Shown: positions 48,529 through 60,360 of the stretch, in pieces
Numbering within the stretch: position 1 is the stretch's first letter
Layout: every line of letters starts with the position of its first letter
Source of the DNA: Candidatus Yanofskybacteria bacterium
GTDB lineage: Bacteria; Patescibacteriota; Minisyncoccia; 2-02-FULL-40-12; IGHO2-12-FULL-4
Assembly: GCA_016185525.1 (NCBI GenBank)
Contig: JACPNK010000006.1
Location: forward strand, 22,728 to 86,727
Direction of reading: 5' to 3'
DNA: 64,000 nt
Position numbers and translations under genes: made by a program
Notes under the pieces: generated by a model
What the model saw: only the letters and a program-made list of their open reading frames with translations
Told to the model about the DNA's origin: nothing
Databases searched by the model: none

Positions 48529-50493
48529 GTGAAAAAAATTCTAAGTTATAGTCTTTTGGTTTTTTGTTTTTTGGCGGTGTGGCCAACTTCTGTTTTTTCC
48601 GCTGATCTGCCTTCCGAATTTATGTCTCTTGCTGAATTGGATAATCTTTTGAGGGCCGGTCCTGTAAATGCCTTTTTTGAAACTGTGCCTAAGGGCATGT
48701 GGCCTAGAGATATCAGAAAGTTTAAGGTCCAAATCCAAGGGATTCACCGAATGCCCGGTCTGGGTGTTGTGATGTTTACCACCAAGGTTAAGATCGCCGC
48801 CGGCATGAGCGGAAGTCCGGTCTATGTTAAAGGCAAGTTGGTTGGCGCTTTGGCTTACAGTTTTAACAAATTTGCTTTTAATCAGCTTTCTTGGGGCGGC
48901 ATTTCGTCGGCGGAGTTGATGTATTATGACCAGCTTGGCTCTGCCACCGCCGGTTTGCAAAGATTGCAAAGCGTGAAGTCTTTCATCTATGAAGGTAAAA
49001 CTTTCACTCCCATCGCTTTGGGTGACGAATCATTAAGTTTTTCTTCGTTTGTTCAAGTCCAAGCGGGTTTTCCGGAACTTGCCGGCATGCTTAAAAGCCA
49101 GAAGTTCGTCTTTTCTCAAGTGCAGAGCAGTGATAGCCACGGCACCAATGTTTTAAGGGTAGAAAAGGCCGCATTAAAAGCCGGCATGCCGATTATGGTT
49201 GACCTTTTAGAATGGACAGACCAATCAGGCAAGAGGACATTGTTGGGTGTTATCGGCACTATCACATATATTGACAAAAAAAGCGGGCGTATTTACGCTT
49301 TCGGCCATCCTTTTTTGGGAGCCAAGAAAATAAAATATACTTTTAGAACATATAATATTATAGGTACGGTTTTTTCAGAAGGAGGTTCTTTTAAGTTGTC
49401 GGGCGACAGTTCGGAGCCTCTCGGCTTGATAGACTTTGATTCTAACTACGGAATCTACGGCAATCTGTCTCTTGATGGTTTGGAAAAATTGCACAGCTTA
49501 TACCTTGAGCTAAAAAAGCAAGGACAAACCTACAACAATTTTTCTGTCAGAATTGCTGACCATCAGGCTTTGGTGCCTTTGATTGTCGGCGGGGTTCTGG
49601 GTTTGATAGGCGAGACAAACGATACCCCGTTGTCTAATGAGCCGAGTGTCACCGAGCTTGAAAGCAAGATAAGCATTGAAAATTTTCAGCCGGTGGAAAG
49701 CAAGCAGATATCTTACTCCGATTCTTCCAGCTTTGGCGATAGGGTAATTTACTCCTCTTCCTATAAGGTGGCTATAAGCAGGTTTATTCACGGAATTTAC
49801 GCACCGCTTTTCTTCAGCAATTATAATTTTAAGATTAGCAATGTGGAGTTAGCGGCCAACTTTATTCCTGGCAGGCCGCAGGAACTTAAGCTGGTCGCTT
49901 ATAAGTTGCCCAGCAAGGTTGCTTGGGGCGAGGATCCGGTTCTTGAAATTTTGCTGGTTAACGAAACTAACACAATGGCTTTTGAAAAGAAAATGGCCAT
50001 CCCAATCAATTGGAGCGAGGTTGAAGAGCCGGTCTATTTCAGAGAAACCAGGGACCTAGAAAAGGAACCGGAAAAAATTATAAATGCTGTTGTAAAAATT
50101 TTTGGTGCTGATGTCGCTAAAACCTTGCTTTCGGGGAAGGAAAAACAAGATCTTTTTCCAGACTATTTTCTTGGGCCGGAAGATTTTCTTAAATCCTTCT
50201 CCGGGCGTCTGCGTTTTGCGGACAAGGGTCTTTTTGGGGCGGTAGCCGTCAGGGTCAAAAGCGGTTTGGCGGAAGAAAAAGTTGCCAATGCGGAAAGTGT
50301 CGTGACCGACCAAGCTGAATATGTTGAAGGCTGGCATATGATGGAAGGCGGTATCAAGAGCAGGAAGGCGACAATCAAGAGTGAAAATTTTGTCAAATTT
50401 AACATTCCATTTCCTCCTATACCGAGTGGCTATGTCATAGATCCAGACTTGAGCGAGACAGCTGTTTTTGAAGTTGTGAAGAAAACCGAATAA
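48529..50493 (+). CDS. Secreted SpoIVB-like peptidase (S55)
   Basis: IAAGMSGSPVYVKGKLVGAL, GTITY, YAFGHPF. Confidence 0.85.
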   Translation: MKKILSYSLLVFCFLAVWPTSVFSADLPSEFMSLAELDNLLRAGPVNAFFETVPKGMWPRDIRKFKVQIQGIHRMPGLGVVMFTTKVKIAAGMSGSPVYVKGKLVGALAYSFNKFAFNQLSWGGISSAELMYYDQLGSATAGLQRLQSVKSFIYEGKTFTPIALGDESLSFSSFVQVQAGFPELAGMLKSQKFVFSQVQSSDSHGTNVLRVEKAALKAGMPIMVDLLEWTDQSGKRTLLGVIGTITYIDKKSGRIYAFGHPFLGAKKIKYTFRTYNIIGTVFSEGGSFKLSGDSSEPLGLIDFDSNYGIYGNLSLDGLEKLHSLYLELKKQGQTYNNFSVRIADHQALVPLIVGGVLGLIGETNDTPLSNEPSVTELESKISIENFQPVESKQISYSDSSSFGDRVIYSSSYKVAISRFIHGIYAPLFFSNYNFKISNVELAANFIPGRPQELKLVAYKLPSKVAWGEDPVLEILLVNETNTMAFEKKMAIPINWSEVEEPVYFRETRDLEKEPEKIINAVVKIFGADVAKTLLSGKEKQDLFPDYFLGPEDFLKSFSGRLRFADKGLFGAVAVRVKSGLAEEKVANAESVVTDQAEYVEGWHMMEGGIKSRKATIKSENFVKFNIPFPPIPSGYVIDPDLSETAVFEVVKKTE

Positions 50494-50593
50494 CCCCCCC
50501 CCGCCTAATAGCGGGGATTTACTTTTTTTAGGGCTTGCTTTATAGTTTAGCGAAGTTCTTTGAAACTCATGTAAAGATAGAAGAGGTGACGAA

Positions 50594-52096
50594 ATGTTGC
50601 CAAAAAAAGTCTTGTCAATTTTTTTGGTTGTTGTTTTGGTTCTTTTGAGCCACTCTATTTTTGCTGCTGGAAAGAAAAAAGTCTGGCCGGGAATCGGCAT
50701 GAATAATCCGGGGCTTTTTAATATGTATTTGGGCAATGCATTTGTGGCCGGACCGGAATTACAGGAGACGATTGCTCGCAAGACCATTATTGACGCTCGC
50801 AATAATAGCATTGGCTACTTCCGTTTTTCAGCCAGCGGATTCGGCAGTTATGAGTTGGAATTATGGCAGAGATACCCCGATTTTTTCTGGAACCGTTTTG
50901 ATAAAATGATGGGGGACTTGTATGAAAACCATGTCCAGGCGGTTTTTGTTTTAAGCTGGTGGAACATACAATTTCCACGGTTTGCCGGTGACAGTATGCA
51001 TATCTTTTTTACCGACCCAAATTCGGCTTCAAGAAAACTTTGGTCAAAATATGTTCGGGAGGTTGTAAACCGGTATAAAAATCATCCGGCAGTGCGTTTC
51101 TGGGAAATGGGCAACGAATGGAACTTGGATGCCGACATGGACATTGACAAAAGAATGGGTACCAAAGGCGACAACTACAGTACCGGTGAACTTCTTGATC
51201 TTGTGCGTGAATTTGCTAACCTTGTCCGCGCAACTGACCCGAACCACCTGATTTCCAACGGTTTTTCCATGCCGCGTCCGGCTGCCGAACATATTAGAAG
51301 ACAGCCGGAGTGGTCGCCAGATGGTCCTGACTGGACAAGCGATTCAAGAGAGGAGTTCAGGAAAAATTTGATTGACGCAAGTAGAGATGTGGAAATAATA
51401 AGTGTCCACTTTTACAACCTTTGCCCTGATATTTCAGACAATTGTTCTACTTCTCGTGATAACGAAAGATTTGATATTGTGGGAAAGAATAACGTTGATC
51501 TTTTGGACGAGGTGGTTAAGGTTGCCAACGAAACCAGTAAATTTGTTTTTGTGGGCGAGACCGGAGATGGTTTAAACGATAATTACTCGGTGGGTTCTTT
51601 CACTCAAGCAACGCTGGAGAGAGTCGGGCGACTGAAAATTATGTTTAGCGCTCTTTGGGCTTGGGAGGAATATTCGCCAATAATTAAACCGGGACCGTCA
51701 AATATTGAACCGGGTTTCAGCGACGCTTTGATAAACAAGATAAGAGAAGTTAATAGCATTTATTTTAATAGGGTGTCTCCGGAACCGAGAGTACCTGATC
51801 TTGAACCGCCTATTGTTATTATTACGGCTCCTTTGGAAGGGACAAGCATCCTAAAATTTTATTACGGTTTAGAAATTTATGCTTTAGCCAGCGATAACGA
51901 CCGTATAGAGAGAGTGGAATTTTGGCTGGAAAATGCTTTTTTGGGTGAAGTAAGAAAAGCTCCGTATACTATTAAACTGCTCGGTGGAACATATCCTGTG
52001 GTTGGCCGCAACCTTAAATTGAAAGCAAAAGCTTTTGATTCTTCGGGTAATTTTTCAGAATCAGTAGTTAATGTTTCCGGTTTCTACTTTTGGTAG
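50594..52096 (+). CDS. Secreted GH5-like glycoside hydrolase with C-terminal Ig-like domain
   Basis: VNRYKNHPAVRFWEMGNE, ISVHFY, FVGE; ASDND..RVEF..AKAFD. Confidence 0.8.
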   Translation: MLPKKVLSIFLVVVLVLLSHSIFAAGKKKVWPGIGMNNPGLFNMYLGNAFVAGPELQETIARKTIIDARNNSIGYFRFSASGFGSYELELWQRYPDFFWNRFDKMMGDLYENHVQAVFVLSWWNIQFPRFAGDSMHIFFTDPNSASRKLWSKYVREVVNRYKNHPAVRFWEMGNEWNLDADMDIDKRMGTKGDNYSTGELLDLVREFANLVRATDPNHLISNGFSMPRPAAEHIRRQPEWSPDGPDWTSDSREEFRKNLIDASRDVEIISVHFYNLCPDISDNCSTSRDNERFDIVGKNNVDLLDEVVKVANETSKFVFVGETGDGLNDNYSVGSFTQATLERVGRLKIMFSALWAWEEYSPIIKPGPSNIEPGFSDALINKIREVNSIYFNRVSPEPRVPDLEPPIVIITAPLEGTSILKFYYGLEIYALASDNDRIERVEFWLENAFLGEVRKAPYTIKLLGGTYPVVGRNLKLKAKAFDSSGNFSESVVNVSGFYFW

Positions 52097-52141
52097 CCCC
52101 CCCTCTTGACGGGGTTTTTTCTTTAGCTTAAGATACCCCAG

Positions 52142-52168
52142 TTGGCAGTCAGTGGTCGTGAGTGCCAG
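52142..52168 (+). promoter_or_regulatory. CIRCE (HrcA operator)
   Basis: TTGGCAGTC-N9-GAGTGCCAG versus consensus TTAGCACTC-N9-GAGTGCTAA, upstream of groES. Confidence 0.8.
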
Positions 52169-52235
52169 GAATCTTTAAGTTGTAAGTTATAAGTTAAAAT
52201 TTTAACCTATAACCTAAAACTTGTAACCTATAACA

Positions 52236-52523
52236 ATGCTTAAGATTAAGCCATTGCGAGATCAAGTTCTGTTGGAGCCTCTTAAAGAGGAAAGGAAGAA
52301 AGGCGGGATAATTTTGCCGGATACCGTTCAGAAAGAAAGGCCGGAGAAAGCTAAAGTGGTTGCCGTCGGGCCGGGCAAATACGAGGACGGAAAATTAGTG
52401 CCGCTGTCTGTTAAAAAGGGAGATGTGGTTTTGTTTACAAAATACGGCCCGAACGAAATTAAGGTCGACGACAAAGAGTACTTAATTGCCCGCGAGGAAG
52501 ATATTCTCGCCATAATTGACTAA
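52236..52523 (+). CDS. groES: Co-chaperonin GroES
   Basis: [28 protein letters not shown]. Confidence 0.98.
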   Translation: MLKIKPLRDQVLLEPLKEERKKGGIILPDTVQKERPEKAKVVAVGPGKYEDGKLVPLSVKKGDVVLFTKYGPNEIKVDDKEYLIAREEDILAIID

Positions 52524-52583
52524 AGACTAAAGTCCAAAGACTAAAGCCAATCTGGCCTTAGACTTTAGACCTTAGACTTTTAG

Positions 52584-54228
<1,645 letters not shown>

Positions 54229-54230
<2 letters not shown>

Positions 54231-54262
54231 ATCAAAAGCGGCGCTAGCGCCGCTTTTGATTT
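54229..54262 (+). terminator. Hairpin terminator after groEL
   Basis: AAATCAAAAGCGGCGCTAGCGCCGCTTTTGATTT. Confidence 0.75.
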
Positions 54263-54292
54263 AATTTAGATAAAAATATAATCTGTTGGTAT

Positions 54293-55915
54293 ATGCAAAA
54301 ACCTAAATTCATTTTCATAGCCGGCGGGGTGATGTCTGGAATCGGCAAAGGCGTGACCGTGGCTTCCACGGCGAGAATTTTAAAAGACTATGGTTTCAGG
54401 GTAACGGCCGTAAAAATTGACCCTTACCTCAATGTTGATGCCGGCACGATGAACCCCACTGAACACGGTGAGGTTTTTGTGACTGACGATGGTTTGGAAT
54501 GCGACCAAGACATCGGCAACTACGAAAGATTTTTGGACGAGGATATTTTAAGGACTAACTACATGACTACCGGCTCGGTTTATCAGTCGGTTATAAATCG
54601 GGAACGCGCTTTAGGATACAAAGGCAAATGCGTTGAAACTATTCCTCATGTGACCGACGAAATTAAAAACCGTTTGCTTTTGGTGGCTAAGAAAAATAAA
54701 GCAGAAATAGTTTTGGTTGAAATTGGCGGCACGGTGGGCGAGTATCAGAACTTAGTTTTTTTGGAAGCGGGTAGAATCATGAAATTGGAAATGCCGGGCG
54801 ACATCTTGTTTATGCTGGTCAGCTATTTTCCGGTGCCGAAAATGCTGGGCGAAATGAAAACTAAACCGACGCAATATGCGGTACGCACCTTAAACTCTGC
54901 CGGAGTCCAGCCGGATTTTATTATCGCCCGTTCTTCGGTGGCTTTGGATGATGTCCGCAAGAAGAAGGTTTCAACTTTTTGCAATATGAGTCCGGGCGAT
55001 GTCATTTCCGCGCCGGATATCGCTTCCATTTATGAAATTCCCATTAATTTTGAAAAAGACAATTTGGGCAAAAAAATTCTTGAAAAGTTTAATTTAAAAC
55101 CAAGGACTAAAAACGTAAGCCAATGGACAAAGATGGCGGGGAAGATAAAAACAGCTAAAACGCCGGTTAAAATCGGTATTGTCGGCAAGTATTTTGGCAC
55201 GGGAGATTTTACATTGTCCGACTCCTATCTTTCTGTGATTGAGGCGATAAAACACGCCGCTTGGTCTTTGAACCGCAAGCCGGAGATTACTTGGCTGGAT
55301 GCCGAGTCTTATGAAAAAGAGCCGGTTAAACTGTCGGAACTGAAAGAGTTTGACGGAGTAATCGTGCCGGGAGGTTTTGGCAAAAGAGGAGTAGAAGGTA
55401 AAATTATGGCGATAAATTATGTCCGTGAAAACAACATTCCTTTTCTGGGTTTGTGTTATGGTTTACAGTTGGCGGTCGTAGAATTTGCCCGGAATGTTTG
55501 CAAGTTAAAAGAGGCGAATACCACAGAAATTGAGCCGGATACTTCCCAGCCGGTGATTTGTACCATGGCGGAGCAGATGGCAAACATAGCCGGAAAAAAA
55601 ATGGGCGGGACAATGAGGTTGGGTGCTTATGGTTGCAAGTTGGCGGAGGGAAGTTTAAGCCGGAAACTTTACAGCGAGGAAAAAATTTCTGAAAGGCATC
55701 GCCATCGTTATGAAGTCAACAACCGCTACAGAAGTGTTTTGATAAAAAAAGGGATGTTGATTGCCGGTGAAAACACGAAGCAAAAGTTAGTTGAAATTAT
55801 TGAAATTCCGCAAAATAAATTTTTTGTGGCGACCCAATTCCATCCTGAACTTAAATCTCGTCCGCTTAACCCGCACCCATTGTTTTTGGGGCTTATTAAA
55901 GCATCCATTAACTAA
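54293..55915 (+). CDS. pyrG: CTP synthase
   Basis: GGVMSGIGKG, KIDPYLNVDAGTM, KTKPTQ, GLCYGLQ, QFHPE. Confidence 0.98.
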   Translation: MQKPKFIFIAGGVMSGIGKGVTVASTARILKDYGFRVTAVKIDPYLNVDAGTMNPTEHGEVFVTDDGLECDQDIGNYERFLDEDILRTNYMTTGSVYQSVINRERALGYKGKCVETIPHVTDEIKNRLLLVAKKNKAEIVLVEIGGTVGEYQNLVFLEAGRIMKLEMPGDILFMLVSYFPVPKMLGEMKTKPTQYAVRTLNSAGVQPDFIIARSSVALDDVRKKKVSTFCNMSPGDVISAPDIASIYEIPINFEKDNLGKKILEKFNLKPRTKNVSQWTKMAGKIKTAKTPVKIGIVGKYFGTGDFTLSDSYLSVIEAIKHAAWSLNRKPEITWLDAESYEKEPVKLSELKEFDGVIVPGGFGKRGVEGKIMAINYVRENNIPFLGLCYGLQLAVVEFARNVCKLKEANTTEIEPDTSQPVICTMAEQMANIAGKKMGGTMRLGAYGCKLAEGSLSRKLYSEEKISERHRHRYEVNNRYRSVLIKKGMLIAGENTKQKLVEIIEIPQNKFFVATQFHPELKSRPLNPHPLFLGLIKASIN

Positions 55916-55953
55916 AAACCCCGCGTTTGCAAAGCGGGGCAGACTTTACTGGT

Positions 55954-56793
55954 CTAGAGTTTCTTTATCAGGGAAAAGTCAAAACTTAAACCGAGCACCG
56001 GCCCTCCGGCGCCGAAGCGCATATCTGCTCCTGCGGCTTGTGTGTTGAGTTTTGCAAACGCACGGCTCCAGCCAAAGAAAAAAGTACCCGATCCGTATCT
56101 TTTGCCGATAACAGGCGCGACGACGAGGATTTTGGCAAACGATTTATGGTCGCGAGTGGTAAGTGCGTCCCAAGAGTCAACGCCGCGTTGGATATCCAAC
56201 CGATAGTTTTCCAAGTGTATGCCCGCAAACCAGGCGCGGTAATCCCCGGTTTTTCTTTCGTATTCTAACACTGCGCCCGGGATGTAACTCCAGCGGGCCT
56301 TGGAAGCGTAATATACCAAAGACCGGCCGGTTCCCCGGTAAGTCGTGCCATTACCGGCATCTTCGCTAGTATTATCAGAACCGATCATAGCAGCTGGAAT
56401 AAAGCCGAATGCTGTCCAAGAGGGACCAAATCGCAGTGTATTTTTGTTCCAGCTATATTTGGGAACAAGTTTGAAAGATAACAATGCGAGATGGCCGGGG
56501 TTGATATTTTGTTTAAAGACCAGAGTGCACCCTAAGGGTATGCTGGTCAGACCTAACGGTTGGGAACTACAATCAGTACCTTTGATACTGGGAACCAAAC
56601 GATATTCACGCGGAATGTTTCGTATTTCACTGATGTGAAAGAGCGCGCCCCAGATGGAAAAACGCCAGTCCAAACTGAAATGCTTTTGTTCAGTTTCGCC
56701 TGTCTGCACAGGCGGGGCAGACTGTTCAGACGCGAATGCAAAGGATGTAAATAATGCAGTTAATAACACTAAAACTGTCAGTTTTACAGTCAC
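55954..56793 (-). CDS. Exported hypothetical protein
   Basis: AGGAGG RBS before GTG, signal peptide ending AFA, beta-rich body. Confidence 0.65.
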   Translation of the reverse strand: MTVKLTVLVLLTALFTSFAFASEQSAPPVQTGETEQKHFSLDWRFSIWGALFHISEIRNIPREYRLVPSIKGTDCSSQPLGLTSIPLGCTLVFKQNINPGHLALLSFKLVPKYSWNKNTLRFGPSWTAFGFIPAAMIGSDNTSEDAGNGTTYRGTGRSLVYYASKARWSYIPGAVLEYERKTGDYRAWFAGIHLENYRLDIQRGVDSWDALTTRDHKSFAKILVVAPVIGKRYGSGTFFFGWSRAFAKLNTQAAGADMRFGAGGPVLGLSFDFSLIKKL

Positions 56794-56904
56794 TTTTGGC
56801 CTCCTTTCGGGCCTCACTGTTATAGTCCTCCAGTAAACGAAAGTCAAACAATCTTGCACTCGTTTTAAATTAGAAGTAACTTTACTAATATGCCGACCGT
56901 GCCC

Positions 56905-57515
56905 ATGAAAGTCGTTATTGCCACAAAAAATCCGGGCAAGTTGAGGGAAATCAAAGAATTTTTGGGTCCTGACTTTGAGTGTGTCTCTTTTTTAGATTTT
57001 GAAGATTCTCCCGATATTGAAGAAACCGGAACAACTTTTTTGGAAAACGCCATTTTAAAGGCTAAAACTTGTTTTGAATGGTCCCGCCTGTCGGTCGGGC
57101 AAGCAGGTTTGCCTTCAGTTGCTGATGACGGCGGACTGGAGATAGACTTTTTAAACGGCGAGCCCGGAATTAAAAGCCGGCGCTGGCCGGGTTATGAAGC
57201 TACCGATGAGGAACTTATTGAACTGGCACTGAGTAAGCTTCATGGCATTCCTTGGGAAAAAAGAACAGCCTCTCTGGTTTCGGTCGGAGTATTTTATGAC
57301 GGCAAAAATACAATAAACGTTGTAGAGAAAATCAAAGGCTTTATTACGGAAAACAAAGCGTCTCGCTTTGAAAAAGGCTATCCTTTCAGATCAATTTTCT
57401 GGGTGCCGGAATTTAAAAACTTTACCAAGACTTAGCCAAAGAGGAACACGAAGACATAAATCACCGCCGAAAAGTTTTCCTAAAATTGGCAAATATGGTA
57501 AAAGCGGGTATATGA
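56905..57515 (+). CDS. rdgB: Non-canonical purine NTP pyrophosphatase with apparent 1-nt frameshift near 57415-57420
   Basis: ATKNPGK, EETGTTFLENA, ADDGGL; one extra A restores INHR and a TGA overlapping the murD ATG. Confidence 0.85.
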
Positions 57516-58972
57516 AACCCAGCTTATTTCAAACAGATTTTAAAGGCAAAAAAGTCCTTGTTTTTGGTTTGGGGCTTTTGGGCGGGGGAGTGGCGACAAC
57601 TAATTGGCTTTTAAGGCAAGGTGCAAAAGTTACGGTTACTGATTTGAAAGACAAAAAAACATTAATGCCGTCTCTTAAAAAAATCAAAGGTCCATCAAGG
57701 TTCAACCTTGATGAGCAGAAGCTCGGCGGGCATAGCGAGCAAGACATCAAAGAAAACGAAGTTGTTGTCGTCAACCCCGATGTATCAATAAACAACAAAT
57801 ATATTCAGCTTGCTTTTAATCTTGGCAAGCAAGTTGAAAATGAGGCGACAATTTTTTTAAAAAACTGGCAAAAACCGGTGGTAGCTATAACGGGTACAAG
57901 AGGCAAGACCACAACCGTAAATTGGACGAATCATTTTTTGAAATCAAAATACAAATCTTCTGTTGCCGGCAATTCTTACGACAATCCTTTTCTTAAAATT
58001 TTAGATAAGCAAAAAAGTTTTGAAATAGCGGCAGTGGAAATACCTTCTTTTGCTTTGGAGTTTTTTGATAAAACAGTTCCGTCTTCTGACGTTGCTGTCA
58101 TAACCAGTATTTATCAAGACCACCTCAATCGTCACAATACTCTTAAAGACTATGCGCTGACTAAAGCCAACATTTTTAAAAACCAATCTTCAAAACAGCA
58201 CTTAATTTTAAATTATGATAACGATTGGACTAAGTTTTTTTTGAAGCAAAAACCAAGGTCGCAGGTTTGGTTTTTCTCAAATAAAAAATTGCCACTAAGG
58301 TTTAACGGCATTTACTCTCAAAAAGAGGCGATACTCTTTCAAAAAAATGGCAAAGCAGAAGTTGTTTTGAAAGTTAACGATTTTGTTAAAAATTGGGGAG
58401 GGCACAATCTTTACAATTTGCTTGCCAGTTCTCTTTCAGCGCACTTGTCAGGTGTATCTTGGCGGGAGATCGAAAATAAAATTGCCGATCTTCCGCAAGT
58501 GCCATTCCGTCAGGAGATTATATTTCAAAGCCCTAAGCTTAAAATTATTAATGACACAACAGCAACTTCACCTGACGGAGCAATTGCGGCTCTGGAAAGG
58601 TTCGGCTCTGCGAACACGATTTTAATTACCGGCGGCACCGACAGACAACTGGAATACCAAGCGTGGTCAAAGGTTGTTAAGAAAAAAATTAAGTCCAAAA
58701 ACTTAATTTTTCTTTCCGGTAGTGCGACTGATAAGATGCTCAAGGCAAAAGGACTAAGGACTAAGGCCACAATTTTTGACACCCTTAAAGAGTGTTTCGA
58801 AGCCGCTCTAGAAAAAGCTGGAAAATATTCTCAATCCGTGATATTGTTCTCACCAGCTGCCAAGAGCTTTGAAAAGTTCAAAAACGAATATGATCGCGGC
58901 GAACAATTCAACAACTTGGTCGGCGGGTTAATTAAAAAGGAGAGAAAAATTGAGTCAAGGCAATCGGGATAG
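57512..58972 (+). CDS. murD: UDP-N-acetylmuramoyl-L-alanine--D-glutamate ligase
   Basis: GLGLLGGG, ITGTRGKTTT, DHLNRH, NDTTAT, FSPAAKSF. Confidence 0.92.
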   Translation: MKPSLFQTDFKGKKVLVFGLGLLGGGVATTNWLLRQGAKVTVTDLKDKKTLMPSLKKIKGPSRFNLDEQKLGGHSEQDIKENEVVVVNPDVSINNKYIQLAFNLGKQVENEATIFLKNWQKPVVAITGTRGKTTTVNWTNHFLKSKYKSSVAGNSYDNPFLKILDKQKSFEIAAVEIPSFALEFFDKTVPSSDVAVITSIYQDHLNRHNTLKDYALTKANIFKNQSSKQHLILNYDNDWTKFFLKQKPRSQVWFFSNKKLPLRFNGIYSQKEAILFQKNGKAEVVLKVNDFVKNWGGHNLYNLLASSLSAHLSGVSWREIENKIADLPQVPFRQEIIFQSPKLKIINDTTATSPDGAIAALERFGSANTILITGGTDRQLEYQAWSKVVKKKIKSKNLIFLSGSATDKMLKAKGLRTKATIFDTLKECFEAALEKAGKYSQSVILFSPAAKSFEKFKNEYDRGEQFNNLVGGLIKKERKIESRQSG

Positions 58973-59294
58973 ATATTTGGAAGAAGGTTACAGAAAACTT
59001 TTCGGCAAAGAACCGGAACCCGGTATGAATGACTGGCAGATTGCAGCTTTGGTCATGGAAGGGCTAGACCCTCGTGTTCTGGGGGCAAAGCTCTCTAAGC
59101 AATGTATATTTCGGGTTTTCAATTATCTACTGCAGGATGTAGATGAAGATTTAATAAGGTCAGTTTGGTTCTTAGCAGAAAGCAATGCTCGTCAGTTTTT
59201 TTGGCCAAACCTGCCGGAAGAAATTCACCGGGACGATATGGCGGCGTTGGAGTATCTGGAGTCTAGCGGTTTTTGGAGCAAAGTTGGCGATTAG
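58950..59294 (+). CDS. Hypothetical protein
   Basis: AAGGAG RBS, TTG start, 114 aa. Confidence 0.55.
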   Translation: MSQGNRDRYLEEGYRKLFGKEPEPGMNDWQIAALVMEGLDPRVLGAKLSKQCIFRVFNYLLQDVDEDLIRSVWFLAESNARQFFWPNLPEEIHRDDMAALEYLESSGFWSKVGD

Positions 59295-59337
59295 TTTTTA
59301 CCTTTTTACCACCTCGCCAAAAGCGAGGTTTACTTTT

Positions 59338-59422
59338 GGAGGATTCGCCTAATGGTATGGCACACGCTTGGAAAGCGTGCGGGAGCAATCCCTTACAGGT
59401 TCGACTCCTGTATCCTCCGCCA
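59338..59422 (+). tRNA. tRNA-Ser(GGA)
   Basis: GGAGGAT/ATCCTCC acceptor, CACGC-TTGGAAA-GCGTG, long variable arm, CCA. Confidence 0.95.
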
Positions 59423-59475
59423 AAATTCGGAAAACGATTTACTTTTAGTTTTTATCTTTATATAATTGTCTTACT

Positions 59476-60189
59476 ATGGAAAATAAATTTGATAAGACCA
59501 AACTCATTTTGCCCGGCGCAATTTTGATTGCCGCCGTTTTAATTTCCGGATCGATTTTTTATGTCAACGGAGGCTTGCCGAATAAGAACAGCCAGGCCCA
59601 AATTAATCAGGGGGCCGGCGGCGCTGACGATAGTGTCCCTGTCGATGTCGCCGAAGACAATGACTCTTTTTTGGGAGAAAAAAATGCCGAAGTAGTAATT
59701 ATTGAGTTTAGCGATTTCCAATGTCCTTTTTGCCGAAGTTTTTGGAGAGACACACTGCCTTTAATTAAAAAAGAATACATAGATACAGGAAAAGTGAAGC
59801 TTGTCTATCGGGATTTTCCTTTGTCTTTCCATCCGGCGGCCCATCCGGCGGCCCAAGCGGCCGAATGCGCCAAAGATCAGGACAAATTCTGGGAGATGCA
59901 CGACAAAATTTTCAGCGAACAGGAAAAGATGGGCAGCGGCACTATTCAGTTCACGGTCAATGATATTAAAAAGTGGGCGGGCCAGATTGGTCTCAACACG
60001 GGAGACTTTGATCAGTGTCTGGACTCTGAAAGCAAGAAAGGTGAGGTTGAAAAAGATACGGCCGACGGCTCAAACGCCGGAGTAAACGGCACACCAGCCT
60101 TTTTCATTAACGGACGCAAGCTGGTGGGCGCCCAGCCATTTGCTGTTTTTAAAGCCGCTATTGAAGAAGAAATTTCATCAGTAAAGTAA
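59476..60189 (+). CDS. DsbA-family thiol-disulfide oxidoreductase
   Basis: EFSDFQCPFC, GVNGTPAFFING. Confidence 0.92.
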   Translation: MENKFDKTKLILPGAILIAAVLISGSIFYVNGGLPNKNSQAQINQGAGGADDSVPVDVAEDNDSFLGEKNAEVVIIEFSDFQCPFCRSFWRDTLPLIKKEYIDTGKVKLVYRDFPLSFHPAAHPAAQAAECAKDQDKFWEMHDKIFSEQEKMGSGTIQFTVNDIKKWAGQIGLNTGDFDQCLDSESKKGEVEKDTADGSNAGVNGTPAFFINGRKLVGAQPFAVFKAAIEEEISSVK

Positions 60190-60360
60190 ACCAATTTTAA
60201 TCCCGATATTGCAATTTGCCGAGTTTTCACACTGTTACGGATAGGACAAAGTAAAATATTGGCATAAAATTAGTTTAATGCTATAATGCAATTTAACCAG
60301 CTTTAAAAAGCTGATTTTGGCTTATTTTATTAAATAAGCCGCTCGAGTGTTCAAATTCAA

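Noticed and set aside
57368-57511. N-terminal extension of MurD
   Set aside because: Overlaps the rdgB C-terminal coding region; MurD similarity starts at ATG 57512
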